This document shows, piece after piece, positions 59,219 to 64,000 of a stretch of DNA of 64,000 nt. The notes under the pieces were generated by a model, which saw only the letters and a list, made by a program, of their open reading frames with translations, did not search any database and was not told where the DNA came from. Origin of the DNA: Candidatus Poseidoniales archaeon (GTDB lineage: Archaea; Thermoplasmatota; Poseidoniia; Poseidoniales; Poseidoniaceae); contig JAYODQ010000002.1 of assembly GCA_038106355.1 (NCBI GenBank), forward strand, positions 20,244 through 84,243, written 5' to 3'. The number at the start of each line of letters is the position of its first letter. Position 1 is the stretch's first letter. The translations under genes were made by a program, and so were the position numbers.

Positions 59219-61081
59219 ATGAAGGAGTTCAAGAATGGTTGTGTCCTAGTCATCTTCATGCCCGTGAACAATCTTGATTTTTCAAACGACAACGTTGGGC
59301 AGTTCAATCGTTTGTCGGCAAGTCAAGTCATCACCTACGATGGATGCCCTAGACAATGGTTTTATGAAAAGGTGTACAAATTCCAAATTCCACAATTTCC
59401 AGTCATGTATGTTGGAAAAGCGGTGGAGGAGGCTTTTTGCCGAGTTTTGATGGAATCTCCGTTTCTCATTCCATCAGGAGCACACCGAGAAACATTGCAA
59501 CCAACTCCACTTGGAGATGATGGAAGGCCAAGTTTGGATGCACATTTGATGTTCCCAGCACAACACCTGATTCCGTTACCAGAACATGAGGTTCCACAAA
59601 CATTTGAAGAATTAAAAAAATGGGCATACAGGCGTGTCGATGCCCATTTTGATTCCTGCCTTTTGAGACAAAAACAGGAATGGGAAAAGCATCTTCGTAA
59701 AGCAGGCGATTGGAGTGACGTCGATCCAGAGGCGTGCAAAACAATGGTGCTAAATGCAATTGAATTTCATTTCGAAGAAATTCAACAATGCATCCATGAA
59801 ATTAATGATACTGAACTCGAGGAATGGCGTGCTGGAACAAGGTACAAAGTCCCGAGTCCAGATGGGTATGGTGTTCGATTTCCGATGAACAAAAATCCCT
59901 TTGCTGGTGTTGGCCAAATCTCGATTGCAGAGGCATGGGAATTAGCACGACCATGGTTTGTAGACCCACATGCTCAAGATTTTGCAATGAATGCAGTCCA
60001 TCCAGATTTTTGGTTCCAAGGAGAATATGATTTAGTCTATAGATGGGGTAATAGAATTAAAATTGTTGACTTAAAAGCAAGCGATGGCACTTCATTCCGT
60101 TCTGAGGGATATGAGCAACAATTGCAAATGTATGCGATGCTGTGGTGGACGACGCATGAGAAAGCCCAAACCGTTGATGGATTGGAAATTTGGTACGTTG
60201 GCCACCCTTCGAAAAAGATCATCGACGTCCCAACAATCGAGCAGTTATCCGAAATTGAAAGTAGACTTAAGGCCCTCTTTGAGGAATTGAAATTAACCAC
60301 GCCTTCGCTGAACGACTGCCGACCAGAACCAAAATCGATACACACCTTCTCACCAGGAGGAAAAGTTGTGGAGGGTTCCCTTGGTTCAAGATGTGACCAA
60401 TGTTCATGGTCGACAATCTGTCCAGGCTCCAGAGGATCTGAACCAAATATTCCAAACGAAATTCAATTAGCCGGAACAAATCACTCACTCGATATTATTC
60501 CATTGGGAGAGACAGTTGTGAGGTTGAACCTCAAATGTCGAGTCTTTAGTGTGATGCAAAGACCCGCACCTTCATTACCAGCTGTACGAATCGTACAAAG
60601 TCAAGCGTTTGCACAGTTTGAAACACGGTCGATAAAACCAGATGACCCCCGAATCGAAGCTTTCGAAAAACTTTCAAAGGACCAAGAAATTTTCATCGAG
60701 AATGCGATTGTTCAAAGCACATTCAAAGGGGAGATTCTTATCAAATTTGACCCTTGGACTCATATTCATTTTGATGATAGAGGCCTAGAATATTCTACGA
60801 TTCTTGGTCACAGAACAAGATGGAATATTGGTGGAGTTGTAGCATACACCTTTTCCAAACAAGGCATCGGTGCCGGGGGAAAACCATGGTTGAGAAAAGG
60901 AGTTGTCCTTTTTGATTCATCAGGTTGCATTCACATCGATGGTTGGGAAAATCAATGGGGGCCTCAATACGACATGTTAGAGCCTGGAGATACCGTTGTG
61001 TTCTCAAACCTCTCTCTCGATGCTTGGGCATCACAATTACGAGGTGACATCCAGCACAACACCTCATTTCGACGAATCTAA
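59219..61081 (+). CDS. Cas4/RecB-like PD-(D/E)xK nuclease (Fe-S Cys set) fused to C-terminal OB-fold-like domains, paralogue B
   Basis: LSASQVITYDGCPRQWFYEKV, YVGKAVEEAF, QGEYDLVYRWGNRIKIVDLKASDG, YEQQLQMYAMLWW, CDQCSWSTIC (CxxCx5C). C-terminal WNIGGVVAYTFSKQGIGAGGKPWLRKGVVLFDSSGCIHIDGW...GDTVVFSNLSL is OB-like. Shares EAWE(I/L)(S/A)RPWF.DP with paralogue A. Alternative ATG at 59258 (MPVN...). Confidence 0.6.
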   Translation: MKEFKNGCVLVIFMPVNNLDFSNDNVGQFNRLSASQVITYDGCPRQWFYEKVYKFQIPQFPVMYVGKAVEEAFCRVLMESPFLIPSGAHRETLQPTPLGDDGRPSLDAHLMFPAQHLIPLPEHEVPQTFEELKKWAYRRVDAHFDSCLLRQKQEWEKHLRKAGDWSDVDPEACKTMVLNAIEFHFEEIQQCIHEINDTELEEWRAGTRYKVPSPDGYGVRFPMNKNPFAGVGQISIAEAWELARPWFVDPHAQDFAMNAVHPDFWFQGEYDLVYRWGNRIKIVDLKASDGTSFRSEGYEQQLQMYAMLWWTTHEKAQTVDGLEIWYVGHPSKKIIDVPTIEQLSEIESRLKALFEELKLTTPSLNDCRPEPKSIHTFSPGGKVVEGSLGSRCDQCSWSTICPGSRGSEPNIPNEIQLAGTNHSLDIIPLGETVVRLNLKCRVFSVMQRPAPSLPAVRIVQSQAFAQFETRSIKPDDPRIEAFEKLSKDQEIFIENAIVQSTFKGEILIKFDPWTHIHFDDRGLEYSTILGHRTRWNIGGVVAYTFSKQGIGAGGKPWLRKGVVLFDSSGCIHIDGWENQWGPQYDMLEPGDTVVFSNLSLDAWASQLRGDIQHNTSFRRI

Positions 61082-61278
61082 CCACCTGAGGAGATCGTCA
61101 AGACCTCCAACATTATATCTTGATTCAACACAGTCGAATGTGGAAGAATTTGCTCTCCGTAACAAACAATGACGGTTGATGCTAAGATACTGGCCTTACG
61201 GAGGACCTGAGAAATGGTTGAGCCGGGCTCAATATCGATTGTCACATCACCTTCTTTCCAGAGGAGTTGGATGTTCAT
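61078..61278 (-). CDS. Small ubiquitin-like beta-grasp protein ending in Gly-Gly (ThiS/MoaD/SAMP family)
   Basis: 66 aa: MNIQLLWKEGDVTIDIEPGSTISQVLRKA...MLEVLTISSGG, with a C-terminal GG directly before the stop. GGAGG lies 5 nt before ATG 61278. The longer ORF (to 61344) would run into the tRNA. Confidence 0.7.
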   Translation of the reverse strand: MNIQLLWKEGDVTIDIEPGSTISQVLRKASILASTVIVCYGEQILPHSTVLNQDIMLEVLTISSGG

Positions 61279-61331
61279 CAATTCCTCCACAAACATCATG
61301 CTTATGATGGTGACGCTAAACCACCAATCAA

Positions 61332-61414
61332 GCCGAGGTCGCATAGCCCGGTATTGCGGTGGATTCGAAATCCACTGTCCCTTGGACGCGGGGGTTCGAA
61401 TCCCTCTCTCGGCG
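61332..61414 (+). tRNA. tRNA-Ser (anticodon CGA)
   Basis: Hand-folded cloverleaf. Acceptor GCCGAGG/TCTCGGC (one G-U). D stem GCA/TGC. Anticodon stem GTGGA/TCCAC with loop TTCGAAA (anticodon CGA). Long variable arm TGTCCCTTGGACGC (GTCC/GGAC stem, class II). T stem GGGGG/CCCTC with loop TTCGAAT. Discriminator G. CCA is not encoded. Confidence 0.9.
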
Positions 61415-61415
61415 C

Positions 61416-62171
61416 TTACATATACGATGTATCGTGACTCGTCATTTCTTTAATGAAATCATTTTGTTGAGTATCGACATCTGATAATTTCGAACGCAAC
61501 CTCAAATTTAGCATTTCTTCGCTTGGTAATGTCAATTGTAGGTCAAACCATGAGTTCATGGCTCGAAGGAGACGAAGCGCAGACATTGTGTCTTTACTCG
61601 TTCCTATGGTTGAAGAGATCACACAACATGTGTCGAGGTTATACACTGGCCCGAGACTCGTGATGAGTGCTGAAACCCCAATAGCACCTGACCGTGGCTC
61701 ATCGGTGCGAACATCAACCCCTTGTTCAACAAGACGTTGCCTTGAGGTGACTGTCGTTGCCACAGCGAAGGTTTCTTTGCGCTCTGGCTCATCCATTAAT
61801 CCTGCAAAAACGCAAATTCGTTCAATGTTCTGAATCTTTGCAAATTCGAGTATTTGCCTAGCAAGCATCGATTGTTCAATTGCTTGATTTGGTTGAGAAG
61901 GACCTATCATGGTGTACAATGATTGTGAACCGGAGAGATGGACTCTGTGCACTTTGATGTGTGGGGGCGAAAGTAATCCTCGATCATCCAATTCTGCAAG
62001 AGGGGGCAACCCCAATGGATGGAGGCGGAGGACTTCTTCGTTCAAATTCATGGCAAGTATTTCCTCGATTGCGCATTTCCCTACATTGCCCACTCCGGGA
62101 AAAGCAACGAACACTAATGAATTTGGTTCGAGGCAAGAAAAACCTCCAAACCACTGTTCCAGTAATGTCAT
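61416..62171 (-). CDS. PAC2-family protein (proteasome assembly chaperone PbaA/PbaB-like)
   Basis: VFVAFPGVGNVGKCAIEEIL at the N-terminus is typical of the PAC2 / archaeal COG1938-2047 family. 251 aa. The C-terminus ...TSYM has a penultimate Tyr, as in HbYX-type tails. Confidence 0.65.
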   Translation of the reverse strand: MTLLEQWFGGFSCLEPNSLVFVAFPGVGNVGKCAIEEILAMNLNEEVLRLHPLGLPPLAELDDRGLLSPPHIKVHRVHLSGSQSLYTMIGPSQPNQAIEQSMLARQILEFAKIQNIERICVFAGLMDEPERKETFAVATTVTSRQRLVEQGVDVRTDEPRSGAIGVSALITSLGPVYNLDTCCVISSTIGTSKDTMSALRLLRAMNSWFDLQLTLPSEEMLNLRLRSKLSDVDTQQNDFIKEMTSHDTSYM

Positions 62172-62260
62172 ATTTCGATGTTTCCCAATTCACAGTATAA
62201 TGTTTGAGTTTAGACACAGGTGGTCGAGTGTGAATTTCTAATGATTAGGAACTTTAGAAT

Positions 62261-62455
62261 TCAAATTTTTGGAAGAGAGTCGAACCATTCTTCTGTGCCT
62301 ACATTGTTGAGTTTTCTACGAATTGACGCCCTCTGATCTTCAGGAGACCATTTGAGAGGTGCTGCAGCCTTTGCACTCCCACCGCAATGAGAACATTGAA
62401 CATTGAGACCCCACTTTGAACAAGATGCACAGAATTGTAGGAGTTGTTTTGCCAT
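62261..62455 (-). CDS. nop10: H/ACA RNP protein Nop10
   Basis: MAKQLLQFCASCSKWGLNVQCSHCGGSAKAAAPLKWSPEDQRASIRRKL has a zinc ribbon plus the P.kfSP.D motif. AGGTGA lies 4 nt before ATG 62455. The position after aIF2-alpha is the conserved archaeal arrangement. Confidence 0.85.
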   Translation of the reverse strand: MAKQLLQFCASCSKWGLNVQCSHCGGSAKAAAPLKWSPEDQRASIRRKLNNVGTEEWFDSLPKI

Positions 62456-62463
62456 AATCTCAC

Positions 62464-63243
62464 CTATTCTCTCCATGCCTTGCCTTGACCACCATGCTCT
62501 CGGAAGAAAGAGATTGCTGCTTGGGTAGAATTCTCCCATACTTTTTCAGCGGTCTTAAAATCTGGCGCCTTGAGCTCAATTCTATAATTAGGTGCCCCAT
62601 CATAATGGCATGTAACACTAATTTCTTTTTTCTCATCCGTAAATTCTTCAATTTTCAAAAGTGCGTCTCGAATGAGATGAATACCTTCACTTGAGGATGT
62701 TTGGAGTTCAATTGTTCCTCGCAATTCAACGAATGGTGGAATGATGTTTTCAACTGCTAACGATGTAAATTCTTGAATCCAAGGTCCTTCAAAGCCAGCA
62801 TTTGCGAGTGCACTCGGATTTAATGCGGCTTCTTCAAATGAAGCATAGAGTGAACCAAAAGCATCGATGAGTTGGTCACCTAATTCTTGGGTTTCATCTT
62901 GCCCATAATTGATTTTTTCAGATAAAAATCGGAGTAATTGTTGTGCTCGTTGCTCATTTTTCCATTCTTGTAATCGATCTCGTCGGCGTTCTTCAGTGAC
63001 AGATTTTAGTGAAAGCTCAATAGCAGAGTTATCTTTTTTGGCCTTGATGACTTTACAAACGATGCGTTGACCTTCTCTGACAACGCTTCGTATATTTTTG
63101 ACCCAACCACTTGCCAATTCACCAATAAAAATGAAACCTTCTCTACCTTGATATTCATCTAAATTGACATAAACGCCATTTTGTTTCACATTCGAAACTG
63201 TGGCGATGACGAACTCACCTTCTTCAGGGGATGCATCATACAT
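62464..63243 (-). CDS. eif2a: Translation initiation factor aIF2 alpha subunit
   Basis: S1 domain GEFVIATVSNVKQNGVYVNLDEYQGREGFIFIGELASGWVKNIRSVVREGQRIVCKVI. Length and neighbours (S27e upstream, Nop10 downstream) fit. Confidence 0.92.
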   Translation of the reverse strand: MYDASPEEGEFVIATVSNVKQNGVYVNLDEYQGREGFIFIGELASGWVKNIRSVVREGQRIVCKVIKAKKDNSAIELSLKSVTEERRRDRLQEWKNEQRAQQLLRFLSEKINYGQDETQELGDQLIDAFGSLYASFEEAALNPSALANAGFEGPWIQEFTSLAVENIIPPFVELRGTIELQTSSSEGIHLIRDALLKIEEFTDEKKEISVTCHYDGAPNYRIELKAPDFKTAEKVWENSTQAAISFFREHGGQGKAWRE

Positions 63244-63268
63244 GGTTGAACTAATGGGGACTCCCCCC

Positions 63269-63439
63269 TCAATCCAAATATTCTACAATTTGACATCCAA
63301 CAAGTTCCGATTTACCACCGGTTGATTTTGTAAGTGTTGCACTGCACGTTGAACAGACAACTTGGGTCGTTGCGCGAGTGAATAGAATCGTCTCTTGCCC
63401 GCAATCTTTGCAACTGACTCGAATGAATGAATTTGCCAT
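63269..63439 (-). CDS. rps27e: Ribosomal protein eS27 (S27e)
   Basis: Not in the ORF track (56 aa). Hand translation: MANSFIRVSCKDCGQETILFTRATTQVVCSTCSATLTKSTGGKSELVGCQIVEYLD. CxxC...CxxC zinc ribbon and the PTGGK-like motif. GAGGG lies 7 nt upstream. Confidence 0.88.
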   Translation of the reverse strand: MANSFIRVSCKDCGQETILFTRATTQVVCSTCSATLTKSTGGKSELVGCQIVEYLD

Positions 63440-63449
63440 GCTTCGTCCC

Positions 63450-63734
63450 TCACTTGTCTACCAATTCAAATTTCTTTGCTCGCTTGCATGGAGCGTAGTG
63501 TGCTTTACCAGTTTCAGTACAACGGTAAAGGACATTGACTCTCTTTGTAGGTTTTTCACGGCCTTCAGGACGTGGTCTTGGGAAACCTCGGTAACCGGCC
63601 ATGACTCTTCGGAATCGTCGTTGACCCCATCTCAATTCGGATGCTCGCTTCTTCTTGACTCTCTCGACGGTGTGAACTGTGTGCTTGCCAGCAGATGGGC
63701 TGTAGCGCTTGACTTGTCGAGGTCGTTTTACCAT
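63450..63734 (-). CDS. rpl44e: Ribosomal protein eL42 (L44e), zinc-ligand-depleted form
   Basis: MVKRPRQVKRYSPSAGKHTVHTVERVKKKRASELRWGQRRFRRVMAGYRGF...KPTKRVNVLYRCTETGKAHYAPCKRAKKFEL follows the L44e pattern (GK.H..H, GyGG-like, KpTKk, GKAH). ATG 63734; the ORF opens at 63761. Confidence 0.85.
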   Translation of the reverse strand: MVKRPRQVKRYSPSAGKHTVHTVERVKKKRASELRWGQRRFRRVMAGYRGFPRPRPEGREKPTKRVNVLYRCTETGKAHYAPCKRAKKFELVDK

Positions 63735-63771
63735 ATCGAACACCTTAGGCGTTCGACCCACTGTAGTCTTG

Positions 63772-63778
63772 TATTTAT
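63772..63778 (-). promoter_or_regulatory. Candidate TATA box for the L44e-S27e-aIF2alpha-Nop10 string
   Basis: The minus strand reads ATAAATA about 40 nt upstream of the L44e ATG (63734), consistent with an archaeal TATA about 26 nt before a short-leader TSS. Pattern match only. Confidence 0.3.
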
Positions 63779-63860
63779 GCGTGTTGATGTGCTTTAGGCT
63801 GGTCTTGCATCAGAAATCACCTGTGGCAATGGTAATTTACATCAACATGTTGGTTAAATC

Positions 63861-64000
63861 ATGGCAACCGAAACATCGGCGGCATTCTTCTTTTGGTTGC
63901 CTGGAATTGTATGTGTCGGAGGTCTGATATGGTTTTTGCTCAAAAAAGAAAAGCAGCAAAAACAACTTGGTTTGACCATCTCGGTGCTGAGTTTTGTTCT
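63861..64000 (+). CDS. Possible membrane protein, N-terminal fragment (runs off the right edge)
   Basis: Hand translation from ATG 63861 is open to the window end: MATETSAAFFFWLPGIVCVGGLIWFLLKKEKQQKQLGLTISVLSFV. It has one TM helix followed by a basic stretch. Only 46 codons are visible. Confidence 0.3.
   Translation, partial: MATETSAAFFFWLPGIVCVGGLIWFLLKKEKQQKQLGLTISVLSFV

Overview
Compact, almost gap-free chromosomal segment of an archaeon; about 57 protein genes and one tRNA. Archaeal informational genes are present: aRF1, aIF2-alpha, Nop10, ribosomal proteins L10e/S27e/L44e, ABCE1, RPA plus an RPA-associated protein, Hel308, a Cgi121-like protein, a PAC2 proteasome chaperone and a class-III-signal pilin. 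They are interleaved with bacterial-type gyrB-gyrA and mutS-mutL. Housekeeping metabolism is also present: argS (partial), pyrH, tmk, folB, ubiX, aroD, aroA, moaA, GGPP synthase and geranylgeranyl reductase. A further block encodes membrane-anchored extracellular proteins: two M28 peptidases and a 1398-aa gluzincin-PKD protein. This gene mix and the heavy use of GGAGGTGA Shine-Dalgarno sites suggest a planktonic marine euryarchaeote (Marine Group II / Poseidoniales-like). That placement is inference only, because no search was possible. I saw no rRNA, CRISPR array, transposase, integrase or intein. Most unusual items: (1) two tandem paralogous Cas4/RecB-like Fe-S nucleases fused to RPA-like OB folds, start-stop coupled to ABCE1 (57488-61081). 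(2) A pilin-less Tad/Epd-like type IV filament core in the same gene string as RPA (38022-40952). (3) Four canonical SAP motifs in two proteins (4228-5976 and 40953-42704). (4) A HemC-like protein that appears to lack catalytic residues. (5) A thymidylate kinase fused to an unknown 250-aa domain. (6) An L44e that has lost three of four zinc ligands. All functional calls come from motif reading of the supplied translations or my own hand translations. Gene starts are often ambiguous because TTG/GTG starts and leaderless options occur.
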